Assembly: GCA_965248435.1 (NCBI GenBank)
Contig: OZ252100.1
Span: 3,296,001-3,360,000, forward strand
Origin: Candidatus Latescibacterota bacterium
GTDB lineage: Bacteria > Latescibacterota > UBA2968 > GCA-2709665
DNA: 64,000 bases
Direction of reading: 5' to 3'
A program made the position numbers and the translations under genes. This document shows, in pieces, positions 1 to 9,775 of this stretch. A model generated the notes under the pieces. It was not told where the DNA came from. It saw only the letters and a program-made list of their open reading frames with translations, and ran no database searches. The first letter of the stretch is position 1. The number at the start of each line of letters is the position of its first letter.

Positions 1-125
1 GGCTTGCAGGTCAGCTTTTGCTCAATGAAGCACTCTGTTTTCGCAATGTCAACGACTATCCGAAGCAGAGGCTGACGCAAGAAATCGGCCTCCAGACGGT
101 CACAAATCAAAAGACTAAAAAGTCC

Positions 126-153
126 TTGACGTCTTGCCTTGTTCCGTTATATT
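126..153 (+). promoter_or_regulatory. Putative sigma70 promoter of the radical SAM gene
   Basis: TTGACG-16 nt-TATATT, about 190 nt upstream of ATG 341. Confidence 0.45.
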
Positions 154-211
154 TTTCAGAATTCGGGTTTAGACGTCGGAGTGGGGCATCTGTGCCTACG
201 ACGCAAAAGTA

Positions 212-235
212 GATATGTGATATGTGATATGTGAT
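212..235. repeat. Heptamer tandem repeat (GATATGT)x3.4
   Basis: gatatgt gatatgt gatatgt gat read directly. Confidence 0.85.
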
Positions 236-340
236 TGGACTAACTTATCTTAATGAATTGCTGAATCCCCCGTTTTTGGAGTTATTTAAGGAGTAATGCC
301 CGGGGGGATATTCTGAAAAAGCTTGAGGGAAGGGGTTTAG

Positions 341-2290
341 ATGGGCTATCGCGATCGTATGCTCACAAAAGCGGCTGACGTCGGCTGGAAGATCTTTCAA
401 AGTGTAAACACCCGCATCCCTGAGGGGCAGCCCTTTCAGCCTGCCTGGGCTCCAGCACCTCTGCTGAAGAGCTATCAGCGCTCCAAGCCGGAGCTGGGAT
501 TCCCGAGGGAAACGGATTCGCTTTGTCCGGACTGTGTAAAGGAGGTACGAAGCGCCGTCATCGATGGCCGGCGCGATCTCAGCGAGCTGGTCGACGGTAA
601 CCCCGGAGAGATCAAGGTAAAGCTTCTCGAGGAGGACGGAAAGATCATCTATCGAAAGACCTGTCCCACTCATGGGTCTTATGAAGATGTGCAGTCGATC
701 GATCCCGAGTTCAGCCGAATCATCGAGGGTCGGTTTCCGGGAAGGGACTACCAGACATTTGGTGACGAACACCTTCACCGCCACGGCACTTCAAGCATCA
801 AGTATGGGAGAGGCGCGGTCCTGACGATCGACCTGACGAACCGCTGCAACATGATGTGCAACCCCTGCTTTATGGACGCAAACCAGGTCGGATACGTGCA
901 TGAACTGACGATGGACGAAGTCAAACGCATCCTGGATGCCTCGATTTCGTTCAAGCCCAGAAGGCAGATGTCCGTGCAGTTCTCGGGTGGAGAACCGACC
1001 ATATCGCCTCATTTTCTGGACGCATGTCGTTACGCCAAGGAAGTAGGTTATTGGTGTGTCCAGGCCGCGACGAACGGAGTTCGATTTGCGCAGGAGCCCG
1101 AATTCGCCTTTGAGGCCAAAGAGGCCGGCCTCACGATGGCCTATCTGCAGTTCGATGGGGTCACGAACGCTGCGAATCAGCACCGTCACATCAGCAACCT
1201 ATTCGATGCAAAGCTCCTGGCGATGGAAAATCTGGCCGCGGCCGGGATCGACATCACTCCGGTTACAACCGTGCTGAACACGATCAACAACGATCAAGTA
1301 GGCCCGATTCTGCAGTTCTGCATCGACAACAGCGACAAGGTCGGTTCGATCTCCTTCCAGCCGGTCTCCTTCACGGGGCGGGACGAAGACATCAGCGACG
1401 CGCTCCGGCATGAGCAGCGCTACACGATCTCGCACCTCGCCAGGGACCTGCAGGAATGGTCTGATGGAAAGCTGGATATGTATCGAGATTGGTACCCACT
1501 GGGCGCCGGTACCCTTTTCAGCACACTGGCCGATCACCTTCGTGGGCCCGACACCGAGTTCGGGGGGCAGACTTGCTCGTGTCACCCGAACTGTGGTTCG
1601 AGTGTCCATATCGTTGTGAATGAGCGGACAAAAGAGTGGGCATCATTCACCGAGTTCTTTAATCTGGATCAGTTTATGAGCGATGTCGAGGTGATGACGG
1701 ATACGGCTCGAGATCCCCAAGTGACGAAGATTCAGATTGCCCTCTCGGCCCTGCGAAACTTTGACGAGAAGAAGGCGCCACCAGGCTTCGAATTGGAAGA
1801 CCTGGGACGGATGTTCGACCGCAGGATGGGGGGCGCGATCAGCGGCGGCGAGCGCCCCGATGACAAGAGATGGCGGTTCATGTGGGTTGGCGGGATGTGG
1901 TTCCAGGACCTATGGACCTACGATTTCCGGCGGACCGAAATGTGCGTGATTCCATATGCGACTCAGGATGGGGAGATCTCCTTCTGCGCCTACAACACGG
2001 GTATCGGCTGGCGGCAGATCATCGAAAATATGCACATGACGGCGACGACCGCAGAGTGGTTCAAGACCCGCGGGCGTCATGCTATTTATGCGGGAGACCG
2101 CGACATGCCGCTTCCAGGTGCACAGCATACTCTGAGGATTCGCGAGAATGAAAACGGTGACATCGAGCTTCCGGTAGTCGCCGATGCAGAAGGGAACGGG
2201 AATGGCAGCTGCGGGTGTTCATCCGGTGAGGACTCTCAAGACGAAATTCGCAAGATACTCGCAGCTCCAGTAGAGGAAACTGTGGCGTAG
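341..2290 (+). CDS. Radical SAM protein, tetraether lipid synthase (Tes/GDGT-MAS, MJ0619-family) homolog
   Basis: CNMMCNPC SAM motif and FSGGEPT. N-terminal TDSLCPDC...KTCPTHG rubredoxin-like Cys pairs. SCHPNC and C-terminal DFRRTEMCVIPYATQDGEISFCAYN auxiliary-cluster motifs. Confidence 0.8.
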   Translation: MGYRDRMLTKAADVGWKIFQSVNTRIPEGQPFQPAWAPAPLLKSYQRSKPELGFPRETDSLCPDCVKEVRSAVIDGRRDLSELVDGNPGEIKVKLLEEDGKIIYRKTCPTHGSYEDVQSIDPEFSRIIEGRFPGRDYQTFGDEHLHRHGTSSIKYGRGAVLTIDLTNRCNMMCNPCFMDANQVGYVHELTMDEVKRILDASISFKPRRQMSVQFSGGEPTISPHFLDACRYAKEVGYWCVQAATNGVRFAQEPEFAFEAKEAGLTMAYLQFDGVTNAANQHRHISNLFDAKLLAMENLAAAGIDITPVTTVLNTINNDQVGPILQFCIDNSDKVGSISFQPVSFTGRDEDISDALRHEQRYTISHLARDLQEWSDGKLDMYRDWYPLGAGTLFSTLADHLRGPDTEFGGQTCSCHPNCGSSVHIVVNERTKEWASFTEFFNLDQFMSDVEVMTDTARDPQVTKIQIALSALRNFDEKKAPPGFELEDLGRMFDRRMGGAISGGERPDDKRWRFMWVGGMWFQDLWTYDFRRTEMCVIPYATQDGEISFCAYNTGIGWRQIIENMHMTATTAEWFKTRGRHAIYAGDRDMPLPGAQHTLRIRENENGDIELPVVADAEGNGNGSCGCSSGEDSQDEIRKILAAPVEETVA

Positions 2291-2318
2291 CCGCCGATCC
2301 TCGACGTGCTTGTTTTCG

Positions 2319-2354
2319 AATCCGGGTGCTGTGGTCAGCACCCGGATTTATTTT
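2319..2354 (+). terminator. Intrinsic terminator
   Basis: 13-bp perfect stem aatccgggtgctg/cagcacccggatt, 4-nt loop, then T-rich tract. Confidence 0.85.
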
Positions 2355-2398
2355 GCATCATAAAAAGACACGAAGGGACGCTAAGCAGGTGCCTTCCA

Positions 2399-2427
2399 TT
2401 GACAAAGCTGACCCGATTATGTATCAT
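2399..2427 (+). promoter_or_regulatory. sigma70 promoter of tig-clpP-clpX
   Basis: TTGACA-17 nt-TATCAT. Confidence 0.7.
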
Positions 2428-2488
2428 TGAATTTTGGAGTTTGCTATAAGAGGAAGTAATCATTTTAGAAAGGAAGTCCCCAAGCTCT

Positions 2489-3742
2489 ATGAAGGTTCAG
2501 GTTACCGAATCCGGAACGTGGCGGCGGACGCTGGAGGTCGAGGTTTCCCCTGAGGCTGTGGAAGAAAAATTCGAGGCGGCCTACAAGAATTACGGGAAAT
2601 CTCTTAATCTTCCCGGGTTCAGGAAGGGCAAGGTCCCGTTGAGGGTCGTGAAGGCCAGATTCGGCAAGGCCATTCAGGGCGAGGTCCTGCAGGAAATCAT
2701 CAACGAGTCTTATCAAGAGGCGAGCAAATCCCAAGATCTGCACCCCGTTTCCGAGGCCACGATCGAAGATATGAACCACGCAGAGGGTCAACCTCTCAGG
2801 TTCAAGGTCTCGGTGGATGTCAAGCCGGAGCTTGTCGTGGAGCACTACAAGGGCTTGAAGGTCGTTCGCCCGACCTTCAAGGTTGGCCCTGAAATGGAGG
2901 AAGGGCAGCTGAAGGCCCTTCAAGACCAGAATGCTGTCGAACAGGTGGTGGATCGACCCGCTGATCTGGGTGATGTTCTGTTGACGGATCTGCAGGAGTC
3001 CGACGAGTCTGGTCTTCCGGTTGTGGGCAGGAAACAAGAAGACCGCGCCTTTCAGCTCGGTGCACAAGGGGCCGACAGTCACGACGTTGACAACCAGCTG
3101 ATCGGCATCAAAGTCGGCGAAGAGCGGAGGGTTCATTTCACTCAGTCCGGGGACGGAGAGAGTCGCAAGATTCACTTCACTGTGGCCGCAAAGGAGATCC
3201 GGGAACGGATTCTCCCTGAATTGGACGACGAGTTCGCCAAAGATCTCGGAGATTTCGATTCGCTCGATGCGCTCAAGACCAGTATACGGGAAGACCTCGA
3301 GGCTCGGTCGGGCTATGCGTCCAAAATGCGCCTCGAAGAAAACATCGTGGATGCGCTGGTTCGTAAGAACGTGTTCGACGTCCCTGAAAGTATGGTAGAG
3401 AATTACCTTAATGCCCTGATCGAGAATTACAAGAAAGAGAACGAGAAGATAGACGAAGAGGCCGTGCGGAATGAAGGTCGCGGAGCGGCCGTTCGAAGCG
3501 TGAAGCGACATCTTCTATTGGAAGCCATCGGGCGTTTGGAGGCCATCGAGGTTACGGAAGAAGATGTGGATCGCCACCTCGAGAGCCTTTCTCAGCGCCA
3601 TAACGTAGAGGGCCCTCGTCTCAGACAAATCCTCGGCCGCTCTGGCCAGTTGGACCGCATTCGTTCAGAACTTCTGGAGGGGAAGACGCTGGACTTTCTC
3701 GTAGAAAGTGCCGAAGTTAACGATGTTGAAGAGAGCGCGTAA
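2489..3742 (+). CDS. tig: Trigger factor
   Basis: LPGFRKGKVP ribosome-binding motif, ELDDEFAK motif, upstream of clpP-clpX. Confidence 0.95.
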   Translation: MKVQVTESGTWRRTLEVEVSPEAVEEKFEAAYKNYGKSLNLPGFRKGKVPLRVVKARFGKAIQGEVLQEIINESYQEASKSQDLHPVSEATIEDMNHAEGQPLRFKVSVDVKPELVVEHYKGLKVVRPTFKVGPEMEEGQLKALQDQNAVEQVVDRPADLGDVLLTDLQESDESGLPVVGRKQEDRAFQLGAQGADSHDVDNQLIGIKVGEERRVHFTQSGDGESRKIHFTVAAKEIRERILPELDDEFAKDLGDFDSLDALKTSIREDLEARSGYASKMRLEENIVDALVRKNVFDVPESMVENYLNALIENYKKENEKIDEEAVRNEGRGAAVRSVKRHLLLEAIGRLEAIEVTEEDVDRHLESLSQRHNVEGPRLRQILGRSGQLDRIRSELLEGKTLDFLVESAEVNDVEESA

Positions 3743-3809
3743 GTCACACATTACCATACGGAATTTGTCTTTTTGTCGTTCATTGTCGCCCTAAGGAGCT
3801 AGATCTTTT

Positions 3810-4424
3810 ATGGCATTGGTGCCCATGGTGCTGGAGCAGACCGGGCGGGGTGAAAGGTCGTATGACATTTTCTCCCGTCTGCTGAGGGACAACATCATAT
3901 TTATCGGTACGCCGATTAACGATACGATCGCGAATCTGGTGATTGCCCAGATGCTCTTCTGCAGTGCAGAGACCCCGGAAAAACCGATTCGTCTCTACAT
4001 CAATTCACCCGGGGGAAGCATCACAGCGGGCTTAGCGATCTACGACACGATGCAATATGTCTCCAACGATGTGGAAGCCATCTGCCTGGGTCAGGCCTTC
4101 AGCATGGCCGCTGTACTGCTCGCGGGCGGGACGAAAGGCGAGCGCAGGGCGCTGCCAAATTCACGAATCCTCCTACATCAGCCGATGGGTGGCGCGGGCG
4201 GACAGGCTTCCGATGTTGAACGACACGCAAAAGAGATCTTGGCCTGGAGGGATCGAATCAACGAGATCCTATCCGAAAATACGGGTCAGCCCCTGGAACG
4301 GGTGATTCGGGATACAGATCGGGATTTCTTCATGTCGGCCGCTGATGCGAAGGAGTATGGTTTGATCGACGAAGTCCTTGTTCCCGGCAAGGAACGGGAA
4401 GAGCAATCCGAGGGAGATGAGTAG
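3810..4424 (+). CDS. clpP: ATP-dependent Clp protease proteolytic subunit
   Basis: [37 protein letters not shown] and RD catalytic motifs. Confidence 0.97.
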   Translation: MALVPMVLEQTGRGERSYDIFSRLLRDNIIFIGTPINDTIANLVIAQMLFCSAETPEKPIRLYINSPGGSITAGLAIYDTMQYVSNDVEAICLGQAFSMAAVLLAGGTKGERRALPNSRILLHQPMGGAGGQASDVERHAKEILAWRDRINEILSENTGQPLERVIRDTDRDFFMSAADAKEYGLIDEVLVPGKEREEQSEGDE

Positions 4425-4432
4425 GTTATCAG

Positions 4433-5677
4433 ATGAAGAGGCGAACCTCCAGAACAGACCTACGGTGCTCGTTCTGCGGAAAGAGTGCTGAGCAGGTCGA
4501 CAAGATCGTAACAGGGCCCTCGGTTCACATCTGCAGTGACTGTGTTCGTCTTTGTAACGATGTCCTGCTGGAGGACGTCAAGCAGCGACCCGTTTCCTTC
4601 GAAAGAGAGCTGCCAAAACCTTTTGAAATCAAGGCCCGACTGGATGACTACGTGATTGGGCAAGAGCCGGCGAAGCGGGCGCTTTCCGTCGCGGTTTACA
4701 ATCACTACAAACGCATTCGCTCCATGATCTCGACCGAGGATGTGGAGCTTGAAAAGAGTAATATTCTCCTCATCGGGTCTACCGGGACCGGCAAGACCCT
4801 GATGGCGCATACACTCGCCCGCATTCTTCAGGTTCCTTTTTCGATCGCAGATGCGACCATACTGACTGAGGCGGGTTACGTGGGTGAGGACGTCGAGAAT
4901 ATTCTTGTGCGTCTGCTGCAGTCCGCAGACTATGACGTGGCGCAGGCTGAGATGGGCATTCTCTATCTTGACGAGATCGACAAGGTCTCTCGAAAGTCAG
5001 CCAACCCGTCGATCACTCGGGATGTGTCGGGGGAGGGCGTTCAGCAGGCGCTTCTGAAAATCCTGGAAGGGACGGTGGCCAGCATCCCCCCGAAGGGCGG
5101 GAGAAAGCATCCGGAACAGCCCCTGATTCAAGTCAACACCAAGAATATCCTGTTTATCTGCGGCGGAGCATTCGACGGATTAGAGAACATCGTAAGTGCA
5201 AGAGTGGGACGAAAGACGATGGGGTTCGGCACACAAACAGGCGGCTCCGCAGATTGGAATATCGGCGAACTGTTCGCGGAGGTAGAACCCGAAGACCTGC
5301 TCAAGTACGGCCTCATTCCCGAGCTTGTAGGCCGTCTTCCACTCGTGTGTGCCTTAGATGACCTGGACGAAGGTTCCTTGATGAGGATCCTCAGCGAACC
5401 CAAGAATGCGATTACCAAGCAGTACCAGAAGTTGTTCGAGATGGATGGGGTAGAGTTGAAGTTTGACGCGAAGGCCCTGCGACAGGTTGTGAATTTGACG
5501 CTGAAAAAGGGCACGGGCGCGAGGGGACTCAGGTCTGTTCTTGAGGAAGTAATGATCGACTTGATGTACGAGAGTCCTTCGAGTTCCGACCTAAAAGAGG
5601 TGACTGTAACCGAAGAGATGGTGCTCAATCCAAGTCGCTCTCGGGAGCAGTTTGCAAAGCAGAAGAAACGCGCGTAG
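4433..5677 (+). CDS. clpX: Clp protease ATP-binding subunit ClpX
   Basis: CSFC...CSDC zinc finger, GSTGTGKT Walker [23 protein letters not shown]. Confidence 0.97.
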   Translation: MKRRTSRTDLRCSFCGKSAEQVDKIVTGPSVHICSDCVRLCNDVLLEDVKQRPVSFERELPKPFEIKARLDDYVIGQEPAKRALSVAVYNHYKRIRSMISTEDVELEKSNILLIGSTGTGKTLMAHTLARILQVPFSIADATILTEAGYVGEDVENILVRLLQSADYDVAQAEMGILYLDEIDKVSRKSANPSITRDVSGEGVQQALLKILEGTVASIPPKGGRKHPEQPLIQVNTKNILFICGGAFDGLENIVSARVGRKTMGFGTQTGGSADWNIGELFAEVEPEDLLKYGLIPELVGRLPLVCALDDLDEGSLMRILSEPKNAITKQYQKLFEMDGVELKFDAKALRQVVNLTLKKGTGARGLRSVLEEVMIDLMYESPSSSDLKEVTVTEEMVLNPSRSREQFAKQKKRA

Positions 5678-5721
5678 CCCTTCACGGGTCGAGGTGTTTA
5701 ACTTCGACCATTCTTCCCTGG

Positions 5722-5756
5722 AACCGGGGTCAGAAGGAGACACCCCGGTTTTCCTT
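5722..5756 (+). terminator. Possible terminator hairpin after clpX
   Basis: aaccggggt/accccggtt stem followed by ttccttt. Confidence 0.5.
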
Positions 5757-5778
5757 TGCCCGGAGCAGGAAACAATCT

Positions 5779-6360
5779 TTGAAGGTCCGTTTCGCAGAGT
5801 TCGTGACGAGCGTGGGCCGGCCGGACCAGATCCCACAAGATGGTTTGCCTGAAATTGCCTTTGCGGGCAGGTCGAACGTAGGGAAGTCATCTTTGTTGAA
5901 TCGTCTGCTGAATCGGAAAGCGCTTGCCAAAACCAGCCGTACACCGGGAAAGACCCGAACGCTAAACTATTATATTGTAAACAGAGAACTCTACCTGGTT
6001 GACCTTCCCGGGTACGGATACGCCCGCCGAAGCCACAGCGAGCGGGAGCAGTGGGCGAAGCTCGTCGATGCCTATATCCAGGACCGAACTCCACTCAAGG
6101 GAATCGTGCAGCTGGTGGATGCCCGACACGATCCGACGGCTGACGATCTGGAGATGATCGAGTGGCTGAACCAGTCTCGAAAACCCTTTCTTGTCGTTGC
6201 CACAAAGGCAGACCTGCTTTCCGGGAGCCGATTCAAACCGAGGCTGGACCAGACCCTGAAGACTTTTCAAGGCTACGGATCAGTCGAGCTCGTCCCCTTT
6301 TCCGCCAAGACAGGTCGAGGGAAGGAAAATGTGTGGCGATGGATCGATGGGAAAGTCTAA
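5779..6360 (+). CDS. engB: Ribosome biogenesis GTPase EngB/YihA/YsxC
   Basis: GRSNVGKSS, TPGKT, DLPGYGY, TKAD motifs; follows clpX. Confidence 0.95.
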   Translation: MKVRFAEFVTSVGRPDQIPQDGLPEIAFAGRSNVGKSSLLNRLLNRKALAKTSRTPGKTRTLNYYIVNRELYLVDLPGYGYARRSHSEREQWAKLVDAYIQDRTPLKGIVQLVDARHDPTADDLEMIEWLNQSRKPFLVVATKADLLSGSRFKPRLDQTLKTFQGYGSVELVPFSAKTGRGKENVWRWIDGKV

Positions 6361-6405
6361 TGATTTCGGATTGAGTGGGGGAATGAGGGAGAAAAGCGCA
6401 TGCGC

Positions 6406-6489
6406 TGGAGTAATGGAGTAATGGAGTAATGGAGTAATGGGGTGGCAGGGGTTCTAATACTCCAATACTCCACTGCTGAAATACTTCAG
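6406..6489. repeat. Octamer TGGAGTAA tandem repeat with inverted (AATACTCC) arm
   Basis: tggagtaa x4 followed by taatactccaatactccact. Confidence 0.8.
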
Positions 6490-6528
6490 TGTGGCAGCTG
6501 AGAACTGCTTTAATCGAGTGTTTGATTG

Positions 6529-7680
6529 ATGGACGGCGAAATGCACACAGCTGTGCGAAAGCGGCTCTTTACTCCAGGGCCGACACCGATTCCAGACCTC
6601 GTCCAGAGGTCCATGGCAAACACCCCTATCTACCATCGCGGCCCGGATTTTCCTCCACTGATTCGGGGTGTAGTCAGCGGTCTGAAACGGGTCTTCCCGA
6701 CTGGTGACGAACTCTTTATTCTGTCCAGTTCCGGAACCGGTGCGATGGAAGCTGCCGTTGTCAACACGCTTTCTGAAGGAGATCGCGTGCTGGTTGCCCA
6801 GGCCGGCCATTTTGGTGCGCGCTGGACAGAAATCTGCAGGACCTACGGGATGGAAGTCGAGACGCTTGATTTTTCGTGGGGTGCCGCGATTGATCCCGAT
6901 GCAGTGGAGAAAGGCCTCAAGAGGGACTCCAGGATCCGGGCAGTCCTGACGACGCACAGTGAAACGTCTACGGGCGCGTTGCACGATATCGAGGCGATCG
7001 GGGCGATCGTTCGTGAAAGGGATGCTCTACTCCTCGTGGATGGCGTGTCGAGCGTGGGCGCACATACATTGCCTACTGATGAATGGGGCGTGGACATCAG
7101 CGTGACGGCATCCCAAAAGGGTTTGATGGCGCCCCCCGGAATGGGCATTATTACCGTTGGATCTCGCGCTTTGGAAGCTCTGGAGCGCTCTGATCTGTCC
7201 AAATATTATCTGGACTTGAGACGATACCGAGCGGCCCTGTCCGAGGGTAGAGGTCCGGCGACGCTCCCAGTAACGCTTTTGGCCGGGCTTTCTACCGCGC
7301 TGAATATGATCTTTCACGAAGGGTTGGAGGCTGTCTGGAATCGCCACGCCCGTCACGCCACCGCTGTTCGTGAGGCCGCGAGCGCGCTCGGTCTTTCACT
7401 TCTTGCTGAACGGCCGTCGAATGCGCTCACTGCGATTTCCCTGCCTGAGGGGCTCGATGGCGTGGTGCTTATGGATTATCTGCAAGAGCGGCACGGCATC
7501 ATCACGGGTGGCGGAATCGGGCATCTGAAGGGAAGGCTGATCCGGATCTCCAATCTTGGATTCGTTAACGATGCAGATATTCTGACAGCGGTCTCGGCCC
7601 TGGAGATGGGTCTTGAGGAGCTGAAGTGGGTTTTTCGAGCCGGATCTGGGGTTGAAGCGGCGGAGGACGTATTGGGATAG
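6529..7680 (+). CDS. Alanine-glyoxylate/serine-pyruvate aminotransferase family (class V PLP enzyme)
   Basis: LFTPGPT, SSGTGAMEAA, HSETSTG, VDGVSS, ASQKGLMAPPG (PLP lysine); start could be 6541. Confidence 0.9.
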   Translation: MDGEMHTAVRKRLFTPGPTPIPDLVQRSMANTPIYHRGPDFPPLIRGVVSGLKRVFPTGDELFILSSSGTGAMEAAVVNTLSEGDRVLVAQAGHFGARWTEICRTYGMEVETLDFSWGAAIDPDAVEKGLKRDSRIRAVLTTHSETSTGALHDIEAIGAIVRERDALLLVDGVSSVGAHTLPTDEWGVDISVTASQKGLMAPPGMGIITVGSRALEALERSDLSKYYLDLRRYRAALSEGRGPATLPVTLLAGLSTALNMIFHEGLEAVWNRHARHATAVREAASALGLSLLAERPSNALTAISLPEGLDGVVLMDYLQERHGIITGGGIGHLKGRLIRISNLGFVNDADILTAVSALEMGLEELKWVFRAGSGVEAAEDVLG

Positions 7681-7796
7681 GGACCTGAGACCGTGGATCG
7701 TCCCCTCGACGGGGCTCGGGACAGGCGTTCGTCGGTCGTGGTTCGCAGGATATTTCAACATTCTAGACAAGCAGGTTTGATTCAAGGAGACTGAAT

Positions 7797-9077
7797 ATGT
7801 CCGTGCGGATTGTTCTCGGGGCTCAGTGGGGGGATGAGGGGAAGGCCAAGGTCGTGGATTATCTGACGAATGATTCAGATATCGTTGTCAGATACCAGGG
7901 TGGGGCGAACGCCGGGCACACGATCAAAGTCGACGACGAAGAATTCATTTTTCACCTCATCCCGGCAGGCATTGTTCGTCCGGACAAGATCTGTGTGATC
8001 GCCAACGGGGTCGTGATGGACCCAGAGGCCCTCTTCCGTGAAATTGAGGAACTTGAAGGACGCGGGATCGAGGTTGGAGATCGGATTAAGATCAGCCAGA
8101 GCGCGCACGTTGTGATGCCCTATCACATGGTCCTCGAGAAGGCGAGCGAAGAGAAGATCGGGGATGCTCGAATCGGGACGACGATGCGCGGGATCGGGCC
8201 CTGCTATAGAGACAAGATCAACCGGTCCTCAGGCATCCGTGTGGGGGATATGCTGGACCGCGACTTCCTTCCGGAGAAGATCCGCGCCAACGTTCGGGAA
8301 AAGAACGAGATTCTCACCAAAGTCTATGGATATGAGCCCATGGACGCGGTGCCGATTCTAGAAGCCTACGCGGCATATGGAGAGCGCATCACACCTTTCG
8401 TGACAGACACCTCGGTCTATCTGAATGAGGCGATCGATTCGGGAAAGAGCATTCTATTCGAGGGGTCTCAGGGCACGCTCCTGGATATCGATCATGGAAC
8501 ATACCCTTACGTCACTTCTTCTAATACCACGGCAGGGGGAGCCTGCGCCGGATCCGGGATTGGGCCGACGAGGATCGACGAGGTTGTGGGCGTGGTAAAG
8601 GCTTACGCTACCCGGGTCGGGAACGGGCCTTTCCCGACAGAGCTCGCTGATGAACTCGGTCAACAAATTCGGGACACCGGGCACGAGTACGGCTCGACGA
8701 CCGGACGCCCCAGGCGCTGCGGATGGTATGACTCGGTCGTGGTCCGGCTGGCATGCAGAGTGAACGGATTCTCCAGCCTGGCCATTACCCGTCTTGACAT
8801 CCTGGACGAACTGGAAGAAATCAAGATTTGCACCCACTATGAGCACAAAGGGACCCAGCTGGAACACTTTCCTGCCGATCTGAATGTCTTGCAGACGTGT
8901 GAGCCGGTCTACGAGACACTGACGGGCTGGCAAACGCCTACCCCCCAGGTTCGAACGATGGATGGGCTGCCAGAAAATGCCAGGAAGTATCTGGAACGCA
9001 TCAGCACGCTCGCCGATACGCCTATCTCCCTGGTCTCCGTCGGCCCGGAGCGGGACGAGACGATTGTGATCGACTGA
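7797..9077 (+). CDS. purA: Adenylosuccinate synthetase
   Basis: GAQWGDEGK, GGANAGHT, GTYPYVTSS, TTGRPRRCGW. Confidence 0.98.
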   Translation: MSVRIVLGAQWGDEGKAKVVDYLTNDSDIVVRYQGGANAGHTIKVDDEEFIFHLIPAGIVRPDKICVIANGVVMDPEALFREIEELEGRGIEVGDRIKISQSAHVVMPYHMVLEKASEEKIGDARIGTTMRGIGPCYRDKINRSSGIRVGDMLDRDFLPEKIRANVREKNEILTKVYGYEPMDAVPILEAYAAYGERITPFVTDTSVYLNEAIDSGKSILFEGSQGTLLDIDHGTYPYVTSSNTTAGGACAGSGIGPTRIDEVVGVVKAYATRVGNGPFPTELADELGQQIRDTGHEYGSTTGRPRRCGWYDSVVVRLACRVNGFSSLAITRLDILDELEEIKICTHYEHKGTQLEHFPADLNVLQTCEPVYETLTGWQTPTPQVRTMDGLPENARKYLERISTLADTPISLVSVGPERDETIVID

Positions 9078-9191
9078 AGGCCCCCGATTTCGCTGTGCCT
9101 GTCGCTGGGGAACTGATTGATTTCGGAGCAAAGTTCAGTATATTTGCTGGTGTTCTGAAGCATAAACGGTGAATTTTCGTGGAGATAAGGC

Positions 9192-9773
9192 ATGGGCAAC
9201 GGATCCCTGAATCGGGATGAAGTCCTGAGCAAGATTCGGGAAACTGGCAGTCTGATTGAGGAAGATCTCAGCGGGATCGACCTGGAAGGCGAGGACCTTT
9301 CTGGCGTCGACTTTTCACGGGCCAAGCTGGACAACGCGCGATTGAAGGGGGCCCGGCTCGTGGAGACACGGTTACACGAGACAAGCCTGATCCGAGCGGA
9401 TCTGAGCGGGTGCAACTTAGAAAAGGCCTATCTCGTTGCCGCCAAGCTGCTTGGGGCAAACCTTCACGGGGCACACCTCGAGGAGGCGTTTCTCTCCGGA
9501 GCGGATGTGGGAGGCGCCGACTTCAGCGGGGCCAATCTCAGGCGGGCACAGATCGGTGTGATCAATGCCGCATTTCCGAATCCATCGGGACGAGCGACCC
9601 GGTTCCGAGGTGCGAACCTTCAAGACGCCGTCGTAAACGCAACAGACTTCAGGGGTGTGGATCTCCGCGGCGCCAACCTGAAGGGGGCCTATCTCTACGA
9701 GGCCAAACTGAGAGGGGCGATTGTCGAAAGCGGTCAATTCGAAGGTGCGATAACGAGGGCGGAGTCATTCTAG
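9192..9773 (+). CDS. Pentapeptide repeat protein
   Basis: A(D/N)Lxx repeats throughout; TTGATT-16-TATATT promoter-like site at 9117-9144. Confidence 0.85.
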   Translation: MGNGSLNRDEVLSKIRETGSLIEEDLSGIDLEGEDLSGVDFSRAKLDNARLKGARLVETRLHETSLIRADLSGCNLEKAYLVAAKLLGANLHGAHLEEAFLSGADVGGADFSGANLRRAQIGVINAAFPNPSGRATRFRGANLQDAVVNATDFRGVDLRGANLKGAYLYEAKLRGAIVESGQFEGAITRAESF

Positions 9774-9775
9774 AC

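Noticed and set aside
2291-2488. tRNA upstream of tig (a common arrangement)
   Set aside because: No cloverleaf or T-loop motif; only a terminator and a promoter.
9192-9773. Pentapeptide proteins (also 31028-31606) as Qnr-type resistance genes
   Set aside because: Generic A(D/N)Lxx repeats without Qnr-specific features or a mobile context.
9410-9775. 122-aa N-terminal extension of MoaA in the ORF track
   Set aside because: It overlaps the pentapeptide gene; MoaA homology starts at GTG 9776.
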